64,000 bases of DNA from Candidatus Obscuribacterales bacterium. Lineage in GTDB: Bacteria; Cyanobacteriota; Vampirovibrionia; Obscuribacterales; Obscuribacteraceae. Position numbers and translations under genes: made by a program. The DNA lies in assembly GCA_965228855.1 (NCBI GenBank), contig CBDDIJ010000005.1, positions 320,001 through 384,000 of the forward strand, read 5' to 3'. The notes under the pieces were generated by a model. It saw only the letters and a list, made by a program, of their open reading frames with translations, did not search any database and was not told the origin of the DNA. Positions 8,528 to 18,745 of the stretch are shown one piece after another. The stretch's first letter is position 1. Every line of letters starts with the position of its first letter.

Positions 8528-9889
8528 ATGCAAAAGCTTCCCGTCGAGCAATCATGTTATTGGCTGGCAACGCGCGAAAATTACGTCGCGAGTGCTCCTC
8601 TTAGCGGTTCGCAGAAAGCAGATTACGCAGTTATAGGCGCGGGCTTCACAGGCTTGTGGACCGCGTATTTTTTAAAACAACTCAATCCATCGGCAGACGT
8701 CGTAGTGCTTGAACGTTCTGTCACCGGATATGGTGCCAGCGGGCGTAACGCCGGAATAGTAAGTACCAGTATCGACCACACGCACAACCTCGCCATCGGT
8801 CATTTTGGTCTCAAGGAAGCCGCTCGCCTGGCGAGTCTCGGCTTACAAAATATAGATGAACTCAGCGCGTTTGCAAGAGACTGCGACTTTGAGCGCACCG
8901 GACAATTGCAAGTAGCAATGACCCCTGCGCACATGGAAGAATGCAAGCGGAACTTGGATGTTGCATCCCAGCTCGGCATTCAGGGATATCGGCTTCTCAA
9001 TAAAGAAGAGATCCAACAGGAAGTGAACTCGCCGCTGTACCTGGGCGGATTATTCGTGCCGGGCGGCGGCAACCTCAATCCGATTAAATTGATAGATCGA
9101 TTGAAGGAAGATCTGCTAATTCGCGGTGTTCGCATCCACGAAAACACTCAGGTAGCAAGTCTGGACAATGGCTTAGTCAACTGCCGCGAAGGCAGCGTCA
9201 GAGCTCACAGAATTATTATGGCGACCGACGCCTATTCTCATCACCTGCTCCCGGAGTTGCTGTTTCGCTTCATTCCTCTGTACGACTACATTCTTGTAAG
9301 TGAGCCGTTGAACGATGACCAGAAACGAGCTATACGCTGGCATAATCGACAGGGAATGGTTGATGGCAGAACATTCTTCAATTATTATCGATTGACCGCT
9401 GATGACCGCGTTCTCTGGGGGACGAGCGAAGCGGTTTACTATCCGCCAAACAGAGTCGATGAGAGCTGCGACCATTCGGAAGGACATTACGAAACCCTGA
9501 GAGCCAGCTGGATTCGACATTTCCCGGAGGCGGCAGAGCTTAAGTTTCCATACGCATGGGGCGGGCCAATCGCATCGACGACCCGCCTGACGCCATTCTT
9601 TGGCACCGCATATGGTGACACTGTCGTCTACGGACTCGGCTACACCGGGCATGGTATCGGGACCACTAGAATAGCCGGCAAAATCCTCGCTAACATTGCC
9701 ACATCTAATAGGACAGATCTCTTATCCTTAAAAATGGTGACGGAAAAGCCATTCCCTTATCCGCCTGAACCAATCAGGTCATTATCCGTCAATGCCGTTA
9801 CCGCATCACTAAAGCGAGTGGACATGGGCGAAAGCCCCAACATGCTCCTGCGCATGCTCGACCTCTTCGGAATCGGCTTCTCCAGTTAG
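8528..9889 (+). CDS. FAD-dependent oxidoreductase, PuuB/OrdL-like (DAO family)
   Basis: Motifs GAGFTG, GASGRNAG, YAWGG and GYTGHGIG. Confidence 0.85.
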   Translation: MQKLPVEQSCYWLATRENYVASAPLSGSQKADYAVIGAGFTGLWTAYFLKQLNPSADVVVLERSVTGYGASGRNAGIVSTSIDHTHNLAIGHFGLKEAARLASLGLQNIDELSAFARDCDFERTGQLQVAMTPAHMEECKRNLDVASQLGIQGYRLLNKEEIQQEVNSPLYLGGLFVPGGGNLNPIKLIDRLKEDLLIRGVRIHENTQVASLDNGLVNCREGSVRAHRIIMATDAYSHHLLPELLFRFIPLYDYILVSEPLNDDQKRAIRWHNRQGMVDGRTFFNYYRLTADDRVLWGTSEAVYYPPNRVDESCDHSEGHYETLRASWIRHFPEAAELKFPYAWGGPIASTTRLTPFFGTAYGDTVVYGLGYTGHGIGTTRIAGKILANIATSNRTDLLSLKMVTEKPFPYPPEPIRSLSVNAVTASLKRVDMGESPNMLLRMLDLFGIGFSS

Positions 9890-9983
9890 CTAGTCCCTCG
9901 CAAACTTTCAAAACGTAAAATCATCGCCGTCCGAGAAAAGTGCTACCAAACACTGGTACGAAGAAGTTAGGAGATGGCGCCAC

Positions 9984-10913
9984 ATGTTGAAACAGCAAAT
10001 AATGATTGCTGCACTTACTCTGAGCGTTGTAGGCGCAGGAGGTACACCCGCGCTCGCGGCGGATAAGACGATGGAAGTGCAATCGGCTGCAGAGCAGGCG
10101 AAAGAAGAAAAGAAAGCGGACAAATTAGCCGCGGAAAACGCCAAGGACAGCGCGAAGCAAGAAGCGAAGGACGCAAAAGCGGATAAAAAGGCTGAGCCGA
10201 CCAAAGGTCAGGTAGAGCACGCGGCGAAGAAGCAAGAGAAAACTGATAAGGCGATGGTTGATGCCGCCAATAAAATTGACGGAGTCGAAATTGATCCCAA
10301 GACATTCGAAGCTGAAAAGAAAGGTTTCAAAGTCGGTGATCTGAATCCCATCAAGTGGGTATTCAAGCCGGTCATCGATATGCAAAAACAAGTCGTCCAC
10401 CTCGAAAAACAGATTATGCGACTTGAGGCTCCAATTGCGTCGTTGCAAAAACCCATGGTCGGTCTGCGAAAAGACATGGTTCAAGTACAAGAACAAATGG
10501 GCTCTCTTCGCGAGGACATTGGCGGCGTGCACGGTCAGATGGGTAGCGTAGACCAACGACTCAGTCGCGTCGAATCGCAACTCAATAAGATGTATGGTCC
10601 AATCGTCTCTCTCAAGGATCCGGTTGTAGAACTCAAGAAGCCGGTTGTCGGAGTCAATTCGGAACTGCTGACACTGAAAAAAGATTTGAAAGAACTCAAG
10701 GAAGTTGTTAGCGTCACCTCGACCCTGATTCTCGTAGCTGTAGTCGCAGTCGGTCTTTTGATTGTTGTTGGTACGCCTATCGCAGCGATGTTCGCATGGC
10801 GACACAGAAGAACAATCATGGAAAAACTCGGCGAAGATACAAGCAACAAGAAAGAGCCTCTGGACGAAACGCCAAAAGAACGCCGCGATGCAGCGGTGAG
10901 TTCAAGGCGATAA
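9984..10913 (+). CDS. Hypothetical exported coiled-coil protein with a C-terminal membrane anchor
   Basis: Signal peptide, K/E/A-rich segment, heptad-like LxxP repeats and a C-terminal TM helix. Confidence 0.7.
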   Translation: MLKQQIMIAALTLSVVGAGGTPALAADKTMEVQSAAEQAKEEKKADKLAAENAKDSAKQEAKDAKADKKAEPTKGQVEHAAKKQEKTDKAMVDAANKIDGVEIDPKTFEAEKKGFKVGDLNPIKWVFKPVIDMQKQVVHLEKQIMRLEAPIASLQKPMVGLRKDMVQVQEQMGSLREDIGGVHGQMGSVDQRLSRVESQLNKMYGPIVSLKDPVVELKKPVVGVNSELLTLKKDLKELKEVVSVTSTLILVAVVAVGLLIVVGTPIAAMFAWRHRRTIMEKLGEDTSNKKEPLDETPKERRDAAVSSRR

Positions 10914-10953
10914 CGAGCCGACTACAAAACTTTGTTCACAGAAAGTTGCCCAC

Positions 10954-10992
10954 AGGAGAACGTCATCAAACTGATGACGTTCTCCTTCTTTC
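10954..10992 (+). terminator. Intrinsic terminator
   Basis: Perfect 15-bp stem AGGAGAACGTCATCA-AAC-TGATGACGTTCTCCT followed by a T-rich tail. Confidence 0.75.
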
Positions 10993-11385
10993 AGGTGGAA
11001 CCTCTGCAATTAGCTCCAGAGATGGCGGTACGCAAAGTCAGAAAAGCCTCGCCAGCCTCTTGGTATCACCAACGGTATCAGATAAATATTGGCGGATTTC
11101 CCAATTGCAACCTGTTGAATTAAACTAATCGCGTGAAGAAAGGCATCAATGGTGTTTATTGAATACGCAAGTAGTGGTTACCTTTTAGAAAGTTTCCAGA
11201 AATGGAGGATCGAAAGTTTTAAGGAACAAACAGAACTTTCACCCGTCACTCTCGAAGATTGGCGACTGATGCCTTTATGCACTTGCATGTCGGTATTCAA
11301 ATGACGACCGAAAGATAACAGACATCCCGTTTGGACCGCGCGGATGATCCGGTTTTGCCCTTACCTCAAGTTCAGGAGAAACTTT

Positions 11386-13254
11386 ATGGACAATAACAAA
11401 AGCCGAGAGTCAACACGCGTTCTGCTCGCTTCGCTGACCGCATGTTCGATCACTCTTTTCGCGGCCATGGACGTGAAAGCTGCCAGCAAACGTTTTTATC
11501 ATGGTCGCGTCAGCGCTAGTGTCGCTGCGGCGGATAGTCTTATGATGAAAGGCAAATATGCCGATGCGGCAAAGTACTATCAATCCGCGCTAAAGAAAAA
11601 CCCCAAAGATGTGAACGCAAACATTGGCTATGGAATGGCGCTTGCCAAACAATTCAAGGTCGACGGCGCCGAGGATCAGTTCAACAAAGCATTGAAGCGC
11701 GATCCAAATAATCCGGGCGCTCACGCCGGCAAGGCACTCAACATGCTTAACCGATTGCAATCATCATCCAACACGATAAGGAAAAACCGCGATTCCATTC
11801 TGCGCGAAGCTGAAGCCGAAGCGCAAAAAGCTCTGGATGCCAATCTCGACATTCCCGAATCCCATTACGCTATGGGCATGGTCTACAAAGAGCAAGGTCG
11901 TTTAAATGAAGCAGCCAACGAACTCAAAAAAGCGATCAGCATGGACTCGAAGTATAACGACGGATACACCGGTCTCGGCATGATACAGCTCGCCCAGAAC
12001 AATCCAGGTGCGGCTGCAGCTAATTTCAAACAATCGATACGCTTGAACTCAGGTGACTGGACAGCGCACTACGGACTCGGCCAATCGCTGTTGACTCAAG
12101 GTCAGACAGACGCAGCATTGAAAGAACTGAACATCGCGCAGTATCAGTTTCCAAATAGCTGGCCCGTTCGCCTGGCGCTTGGAAAAGCCTACGAGTCACA
12201 GGGCAACACGGTCGCGGCGGTTCGTGAATATCAAGAATCTATCAGAATCAAGCCGGAAAACCCGGCGGCTTACCTCGGAATAGCAAATGTACGCGAAGTG
12301 CGTGGCGATATCGAACATTCGATTGCGGAACTGCGCTCTGGTCTCGAACTTATGCCGGACAATGCCGATCTCCAGTCACGAATTGGCGATCAGAGTTTGC
12401 GAGTTGAAAAAATCGACGACGCGATCAAAGCGTATCAAGCAGTTCTAAACGCACAACCGGGCAACGCGAGAGCAGCAGATGGGCTGACCACAGCCTATTA
12501 CATGAAGGCGAACAAGGAGACCACCGGCGGTTACTTTGGAGACAACGACTTCGATGACGCTCTGGCAATGCTCGATCGCGCAGTGCAGATGAATCCTAAC
12601 GATATGAAGCTGCGTCTTGCCCAAGCTAAACTTCGCTCGCTTGCAGGCGAGGAAGTTGACCTTGCAGCACTGGGAACTCCACGCAACGATGGCGAGCGGG
12701 TTAGTTACGCCCAAGCGCTGATGGCGCAGAACCGCTTCCAGGAAGCGAATCAAGAGATCCAAACCGTGTTGAACAACACCAACAACCCGAAACAGATTTT
12801 TAGTTTCGCAGATTTGCTCTTGATGGTTCATGACCTCGATAACGCCGAAGCCGCTTATAAGAAAGCAAGTACCACCGCGGGCGGTGCAGAACGAGCGCGG
12901 AGAGGTCTCACGCAGGTTGCTAAAAACCGCGAGAACGCTCGTAAGAGCTTGACTCTGGCAACGGATTTGTCGAGAAAGCACATGACCGGCAGCGCGGTCG
13001 ATACTTTCCACGAAGCCGTGTTCTCAAATCCGAAGTCCGCAGAAGCAAGGATCGGATTGGCAAAGGCGCTTGAAAATGTTTCCAAGCCGACACCGGTTCA
13101 ACTGCGGGAAACCGCGTTTCAGTATCGCGCCTATGTTGCACTATCTCCTGCAATGCCGGAGAAGGAGCAACAAAAATTCCTGTCGAAAGCGACTAAGCTT
13201 GATGACAAAGCTGGAAAGCGAGAGCGAAAAATGGCGAATGCTACAGCCAAATAG
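11386..13254 (+). CDS. Exported tetratricopeptide repeat protein
   Basis: Signal peptide, many TPR units; AGGAG RBS before ATG 11386. Confidence 0.9.
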   Translation: MDNNKSRESTRVLLASLTACSITLFAAMDVKAASKRFYHGRVSASVAAADSLMMKGKYADAAKYYQSALKKNPKDVNANIGYGMALAKQFKVDGAEDQFNKALKRDPNNPGAHAGKALNMLNRLQSSSNTIRKNRDSILREAEAEAQKALDANLDIPESHYAMGMVYKEQGRLNEAANELKKAISMDSKYNDGYTGLGMIQLAQNNPGAAAANFKQSIRLNSGDWTAHYGLGQSLLTQGQTDAALKELNIAQYQFPNSWPVRLALGKAYESQGNTVAAVREYQESIRIKPENPAAYLGIANVREVRGDIEHSIAELRSGLELMPDNADLQSRIGDQSLRVEKIDDAIKAYQAVLNAQPGNARAADGLTTAYYMKANKETTGGYFGDNDFDDALAMLDRAVQMNPNDMKLRLAQAKLRSLAGEEVDLAALGTPRNDGERVSYAQALMAQNRFQEANQEIQTVLNNTNNPKQIFSFADLLLMVHDLDNAEAAYKKASTTAGGAERARRGLTQVAKNRENARKSLTLATDLSRKHMTGSAVDTFHEAVFSNPKSAEARIGLAKALENVSKPTPVQLRETAFQYRAYVALSPAMPEKEQQKFLSKATKLDDKAGKRERKMANATAK

Positions 13255-13326
13255 TAGTATGCTGCGCGCAGCCCGTTTTGAACTCACCGGCAAAGAGTAG
13301 AACTGCGCGAAGAGAGTCCGGAACTG

Positions 13327-13360
13327 GAAGGCAGGGATCGTGTGCTCCCTGCCTTCGTTT
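13327..13360. terminator. Hairpin between convergent genes
   Basis: GAAGGCAGGGA-N8-TCCCTGCCTTC, 11-bp stem. Confidence 0.6.
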
Positions 13361-13399
13361 ACAACCTAACGTACCTAGATGCAGACAGGCGGCTGATGT

Positions 13400-14767
13400 C
13401 TAAACGGGAACCGATGCCGCGATCCCTTGTTCCTTATAAACCTGCTGAATCGACTCCTCAAGCGAACTGAGGAATTTATCGATTTGCTCATACGATATCA
13501 CTAGCGGTGGCTCGACCCTGAGCACGCGAGCGTTGATATAGGTTCCGGAAATCAAAATGTTTCTTGCGAATAAGTTCTTTGAGACCTGGTATCCAAGATC
13601 GTTGTTGGTGAATTCCATTCCGAGCATCAGACCGACACCTCGGGCACCTGCAAGCACTTCCGGATACTTCTCAGCGAGCTTGTTCAAGCGAGGTAGCATG
13701 TACTCGCCTTTCTCCCGAGCTTGATCGAGAAGACCTTCTTCGAGCAACACCGAGATCGTCGCGATCGCTGCGGCACATGCCAATGGATTGCCACCAAATG
13801 TAGTGGTATGCAAGAACGGATTCTCAACATATTTCTCCCATGTCTTGGCCGAACCGACGCACGCGCCGATTGGCATGACACCGCCACCGAAGCCCTTTCC
13901 GAGGGCCATCAGATCGGGAACAACGTCGTCGTATTCGCAATAGAACATCTTACCGGTGCGCCCCATTCCGCACTGAATCTCGTCGAAGATCAGCATGGCG
14001 CCGTACTTGTCGCAAAGCTCTCTGGCAGCTTTCAAATAACCGGGAGGGGCGACGTTAATTCCGCCTTCACCTTGAATCGGCTCCACAAGAAACGCGGCCA
14101 CTTTGTCACCGGAGAAGTCATTGCACTCGAGAGTCATTTTGAGCGCTTCAACGTCGCCGAACGGTAAGTGAGTCCAATTCATAAGAGGCAAAAATGGCGC
14201 GCGGAAAACAGCTTTAGAAGTGCCTCCGAGAGATCCCAGACTCTTTCCGTGGAAACCACCTACGGTGCCCACGAAGTGATGCCGGCCAGTCGCCAGCATC
14301 GCCATCTTCAAGCACGCCTCGACGGACTCCGTACCGGAGTTTGTCAGAAAAGAGTATTGCAGATCGCCGGGCGTAATGAGAGCCACGAGACGCGCCAGGT
14401 AGGTTCTCAGAGGGTCAATAAGTTCCTGCGAGTGAATGCACTGCTTTTCCAACTGCTCGCGTACGGCCTTTATGACCTTGGGGTGGCGATGCCCGACGCT
14501 GTAGATACCAAAGCCACCTAGCATGTCGATAAACTCTTTGCCGTTGATGTCGCGAAAGACAGCACCGTCATCTTCCCACTCGACGGCGGTATAGTCAGTA
14601 CTGACAGACTTTCGGTACTGCAAGAAGCCCTCATTAACGTGGTCGCGCCAATACTTAGCGGACTCATCCACGACCTTTTTGCGCTCACCTGGGTCGAGCG
14701 TCTTCTTAGAGATTAGCTCCAGCACATCTTTGGCTTTGTCTTTGGCCTGATTCAAATCTTGAGGCAT
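13400..14767 (-). CDS. patA: Putrescine aminotransferase (class III PLP enzyme)
   Basis: HVNEGFLQYRKSV N-terminus like YgjG; motifs NSGTESVEA, DEIQCGMGRTG and HTTTFGGNP. Confidence 0.9.
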   Translation of the reverse strand: MPQDLNQAKDKAKDVLELISKKTLDPGERKKVVDESAKYWRDHVNEGFLQYRKSVSTDYTAVEWEDDGAVFRDINGKEFIDMLGGFGIYSVGHRHPKVIKAVREQLEKQCIHSQELIDPLRTYLARLVALITPGDLQYSFLTNSGTESVEACLKMAMLATGRHHFVGTVGGFHGKSLGSLGGTSKAVFRAPFLPLMNWTHLPFGDVEALKMTLECNDFSGDKVAAFLVEPIQGEGGINVAPPGYLKAARELCDKYGAMLIFDEIQCGMGRTGKMFYCEYDDVVPDLMALGKGFGGGVMPIGACVGSAKTWEKYVENPFLHTTTFGGNPLACAAAIATISVLLEEGLLDQAREKGEYMLPRLNKLAEKYPEVLAGARGVGLMLGMEFTNNDLGYQVSKNLFARNILISGTYINARVLRVEPPLVISYEQIDKFLSSLEESIQQVYKEQGIAASVPV

Positions 14768-14953
14768 TATGGTTTTCCGAGTTGAGTAGCAGATATAAAA
14801 CGTATAAAACGAATTTAGAATTCTAACTCTAAATATATAGATTGGGAAACCACATCACCCATTTCCGCCTCTGAACGCCCATCAGTTCACAAAAACATCA
14901 CACCAGGGTTCCCAAGAGGCGATAGTACCGGCGCGAACGGTTTTCCTTCACGC

Positions 14954-14979
14954 AAAAAAGTAAACCGAGCGGTTTACTT
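14954..14979 (-). terminator. Terminator downstream of the small ORF 15020-15151
   Basis: AAGTAAACCG-CT-CGGTTTACTT followed by a T run on the minus strand. Confidence 0.5.
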
Positions 14980-15019
14980 CAAAGAAAAGGTAATTGAATT
15001 TTCAAGCCTGGTCGGCGTT

Positions 15020-15151
15020 TTAGTCTTCTTGTTTATCGACGTAGGGCTCGAAAAACACTTTGCGCCCGGCCAAGAAGAAGAATGCCAGGGCAAACCAGCC
15101 GAAGCAAATACCGATGAAAACCCAAGGATTGATAGGTACGAAATCTTCCAT
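15020..15151 (-). CDS. Putative 43-aa single-TM small protein MEDFVPINPWVFIGICFGWFALAFFFLAGRKVFFEPYVDKQED
   Basis: Read manually (below the ORF-track cutoff); one TM helix and a charged tail; downstream terminator. Confidence 0.6.
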   Translation of the reverse strand: MEDFVPINPWVFIGICFGWFALAFFFLAGRKVFFEPYVDKQED

Positions 15152-15414
15152 ATTATTCTTTGTTGCTAACCTTTCCTGCGACGGGAAGCTGCCACTGACT
15201 ATGAAAACACGGTCCGAGTACCTTTATACCCGGAAACACCTTCAGATTATAAACATTTGAGGGGATTCTGTGATCGGCCGCTTTCATTTGTCTTACCCCT
15301 TGTAATATCGGGTGGTCCGGCAATTGGAAAGTGTTACGGCGCTCATGGCAAGCCTCCAAACCTATGATATAAAAGACGGAACCTTTTACCAGAAACAGGA
15401 CCGAGGGGATTTTT

Positions 15415-16764
15415 TTGATGAACTCTTTAAAAGGGTATGTACCATTATCACTGGCCATTCTGCTCGCAGCGACTGTCCCTGCCGCAAATGCCGGGTCCGC
15501 GCTCGACCCCTACAAACATATACAGCCTGATGCGCCTGCTGCGAAGAAGAAAGGTAAGGATGAGCGCGCAGTCGTTCCGCAGTTCGATGACGCCCAGGCG
15601 AAAACTCAAACATTCACGAACAAATCAATAATTCTTCCGAGCGCCGACTTCGAAGAGAAGAAGCCAGAGAAGAAAGGCTTGCTTGGCATACCAAAAGTCG
15701 GCATGCCCAAAGTCGGGATGCCCAAAATGGGCGGTATCACCGGTGGTCTCAAAGCTGGCGCCGGCGCAATGGTTAGCGGAACCAAAAAGGTTGGTGGCGG
15801 AATCGCCAACGCTTCGAAGGACGCAGCCGGTGCCGTTGGAAGCGGAGTGAAGTCAACCGGCGACAAGCTCGCTGATGCAAAAGACAGCGCTATCAGCAAG
15901 ACCAAGAAACAAAAGAAAGAAAGCCCGAACAAGGTAGCAAGCAAGGCCGGCTCGGTAGACGAACTGTACACCGAAGCCTCTAAAGATGTACTTGCCGCAA
16001 ACAAAGACAAAGCCAAAGCAAAAGCTTCTGAAGGCAAGAAATCCCTCGCCTTTATGCCGAAGTTTGGAAAGAAGAAATCGAAAAAGGAAGCACCGAACGA
16101 CATCAATCTTCGCCCGAGGAGCGGTTTCGAAGCAGCAGCGACCGAGCCTGATGAAGAAGTTATAGCTGAAATCCAGGAAGAAAAAGCCAAACGTATTGCC
16201 GCGAAAAAGGCCAAAGCTGCAAAAGAAAAGTTTGAGCCGATCGTCAATCTTCCGGAAGACAACATAAAGACGACTTCAAATCAGGTCGCCGCCACGCCCG
16301 CACCAACCACCACAGTTAACAAACCAGCCAAGAAATCAAAGTTTGGAATGCCGAGTTTCAAGGCTAGTATGCCATCAATGCCAGGACTGAAGAAAAAGAA
16401 AAAGTCTGATGCACCGAAGCAATCGGTAGCAGCAGCTCCAAAGAAACAAGCTCCAGTTCCGGTTAAAAAAGAGATTGAGGAATCGCAAGTGGCGATCGAT
16501 CCCAACGAATTTTCAGAGGGAGATATCACGGCGGCGAATCAGTTCAATACTGGCGACAAGGAAATAGACAATGCAGTAGCAAAGTCTCCGGCACCACAAG
16601 CGCCAACCAACAAAGTTGCACAAAAACCGGCGAAGAAAAACAAGATCGGCGGAATGAGTTCGGCTATGAAAGGCGGTTTCGACAAGTTCAATTTCTTGAA
16701 CAAGAAGAAAAAGCAGCCGGATCCACAAACTGCCACCAAGGCGGATGCTCCTAAACAAATGTAA
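15415..16764 (+). CDS. Hypothetical exported Lys/Ala/Pro-rich low-complexity protein
   Basis: Signal peptide; PKVGM repeats and poly-K tracts. Confidence 0.7.
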   Translation: MMNSLKGYVPLSLAILLAATVPAANAGSALDPYKHIQPDAPAAKKKGKDERAVVPQFDDAQAKTQTFTNKSIILPSADFEEKKPEKKGLLGIPKVGMPKVGMPKMGGITGGLKAGAGAMVSGTKKVGGGIANASKDAAGAVGSGVKSTGDKLADAKDSAISKTKKQKKESPNKVASKAGSVDELYTEASKDVLAANKDKAKAKASEGKKSLAFMPKFGKKKSKKEAPNDINLRPRSGFEAAATEPDEEVIAEIQEEKAKRIAAKKAKAAKEKFEPIVNLPEDNIKTTSNQVAATPAPTTTVNKPAKKSKFGMPSFKASMPSMPGLKKKKKSDAPKQSVAAAPKKQAPVPVKKEIEESQVAIDPNEFSEGDITAANQFNTGDKEIDNAVAKSPAPQAPTNKVAQKPAKKNKIGGMSSAMKGGFDKFNFLNKKKKQPDPQTATKADAPKQM

Positions 16765-17674
16765 GACAGGTCTGAGACCCACCTTACTGGTGGACTCTGT
16801 CAAGCTCAACAACGAGCTTGGCATGAGGGTTCTCATTGCCTCGGAAACCTTTCAACATACGGGCAGCTTTAAATTCAGAGCTGCCTATAATGTTGCGCTG
16901 AGTTCTTCGGCACCACATCTGGTGACGGCATCGTCAGGCAATTTCGGGCAGGCACTAGCATATGCGTGCCAGCTGACCGGAAAAAACTGTACGGTCGTCA
17001 TGCCGGAAACTTCGACGAAGTCGAAAATCGAGGCGGTTGAAGGTTTCGGCGCAGAGGTCAGGCTTGTCGATGTCGGAGTCAAGAGCCGCGGCGAGTGGCT
17101 GCTTGATGTTTTGATCGAGCTTGGTACCGAAGTCGAAACAGTCAGTCCTTATGACGACGAGAGAGTGATCGAGGGGAATTCAACGCTTGCTGATGAACTC
17201 GTCAACTACAAAGACGACTTCGATTCAGTCATAGTGCCTATCGGCGGGGGCGGTTTGAGCGCCGGACTGATAGAAGGGTTCAAACGCAACGGCGTGGATG
17301 TCAAAGTTTTCGGCGCGGAGCCAAAGCTCGGCAACGACGCTGCGCAGAGCCTGGAGAAGGGTGAGATCGTTTCAAACGAACAGGAGCCTGCCACCATTGC
17401 GGATGGCGCACGCACTCTTAGCGTCGGCAAGCATAACTTCCCGATTTTGAAGAGTGGTCTCACTGAGATTCTCGAAGTTGAAGAAGACGAGATCGTGGCG
17501 GCAATGCGGTTATTGTTCATGCAGGCGAATTTGAAGTGCGAACCGACAGGCGCGCTCAGTCTTGCAGCGTTGATGGCGAACAAGGAGCGCTTCGAGCACA
17601 AAAAGCCGCTCGTGATCGTAAGCGGCGGGAATGTTGATGCTGCGCAGTATGCAAAGCTGATCGCGGGCGACTAG
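16745..17674 (+). CDS. Threonine/serine dehydratase family PLP enzyme (no regulatory ACT domain)
   Basis: Motifs ETFQHTGSFKFR, SSGNFGQ, GGGGL, CEPTGA and SGGN. Confidence 0.88.
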   Translation: MLLNKCKTGLRPTLLVDSVKLNNELGMRVLIASETFQHTGSFKFRAAYNVALSSSAPHLVTASSGNFGQALAYACQLTGKNCTVVMPETSTKSKIEAVEGFGAEVRLVDVGVKSRGEWLLDVLIELGTEVETVSPYDDERVIEGNSTLADELVNYKDDFDSVIVPIGGGGLSAGLIEGFKRNGVDVKVFGAEPKLGNDAAQSLEKGEIVSNEQEPATIADGARTLSVGKHNFPILKSGLTEILEVEEDEIVAAMRLLFMQANLKCEPTGALSLAALMANKERFEHKKPLVIVSGGNVDAAQYAKLIAGD

Positions 17675-17803
17675 CTTCAAGCTCAAATAGAAACAGGCGA
17701 GTGTTTCCACCCGCCGCTTCCATTTGATTGTTGTCGCGCAAACAAAAGAAAGTCGCAGGCCATCACTGTTTGAGCTTGACCTGCGACCCGGTTGTTTCGA
17801 TGC

Positions 17804-18229
17804 TTAGCTGACTGCGGTCAGACGAGCTCTTTCGCCTTCGACGATCGCACGAGCGCGTCCTGCGCTGCGTGGGAACTCGCGGCCTCTCATGAACACTTCC
17901 TTGTCAAAGCTCTCAGGCTCGAAATACGAGTTGAAGAATTGGACTGCTTCTTCAACATCGAAGTCTTTGCAAGAGAAGATATCAAGGGTTGCAAAACCCT
18001 TATCAGGAAACGTGTGAATGGAGATGTGAGACTCAGCAATGAGCACCACTCCACTAACTCCCCAATCATCCTCAACTGCGCCGTGGTACGTGAAAACGTA
18101 CGGTGGCATTATTTTGGTCATACCTAGTTGAGGCGGATACGCATCAAGCATCTTACACATTGAGTTTACGTCTGCGAGTTTTTCTTTGTTGCAACCGTAA
18201 GCTTCAAGAATTAGATGTGGTCCGAACAT
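17804..18229 (-). CDS. speD: S-adenosylmethionine decarboxylase proenzyme (class 1B)
   Basis: FGPHLILE, the self-cleavage motif AESHISIHTFP, and DIFSC. Confidence 0.92.
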   Translation of the reverse strand: MFGPHLILEAYGCNKEKLADVNSMCKMLDAYPPQLGMTKIMPPYVFTYHGAVEDDWGVSGVVLIAESHISIHTFPDKGFATLDIFSCKDFDVEEAVQFFNSYFEPESFDKEVFMRGREFPRSAGRARAIVEGERARLTAVS

Positions 18230-18745
18230 TTCTTTCCCCCTTTCCGCATCGCTGCTAAACGAGCGGTGAAAGTGATTCCTATACATGCCAAGACTCGAAC
18301 AACCTCATGGTTAGCCAGTCTTGTGGGGTACACGAAACGCTTACTTAACACCATCGGACAAATGCCTTCTGGGAGTTGGGCGTTGTTGTGTCTAGCTGAA
18401 ACCTCCTTTGGATTTCGTTTCCAATATTTTGGAAGAGAGTAATTCTACATTAAAACTACCTGTCTTCCATCGTTTAGCACCTGCTGATCAAAATATTTAC
18501 AAGATTGTTTTTCAACCAACAGCTACTCAAGACAGTGTGCGACTTCCGAATGTTCCCGCTCCGGAAATCGCTTCATAAACCATTACGAATCCCGACCGGC
18601 AGCGGGAGATCACCGGTCAGTAATCGGGTAGGACGGGCCTGGGATAAACACAGACTCGCCGGTAACGATTGGATTTTTTTCGATTTACAGCGCGAGTGTT
18701 TTCCGTGAAGAGCCGCTAGAATAGAGGGAAATCTGAGGTTCAGCC

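Noticed and set aside
18211..18424. Resemblance of the speD uORFs (KSKGG, KGGKK) to the plant AdoMetDC uORF start
   Set aside because: KGG is simply the translation of SD-like AAAGGAGG/AAAGGGGG, so it is probably coincidental.
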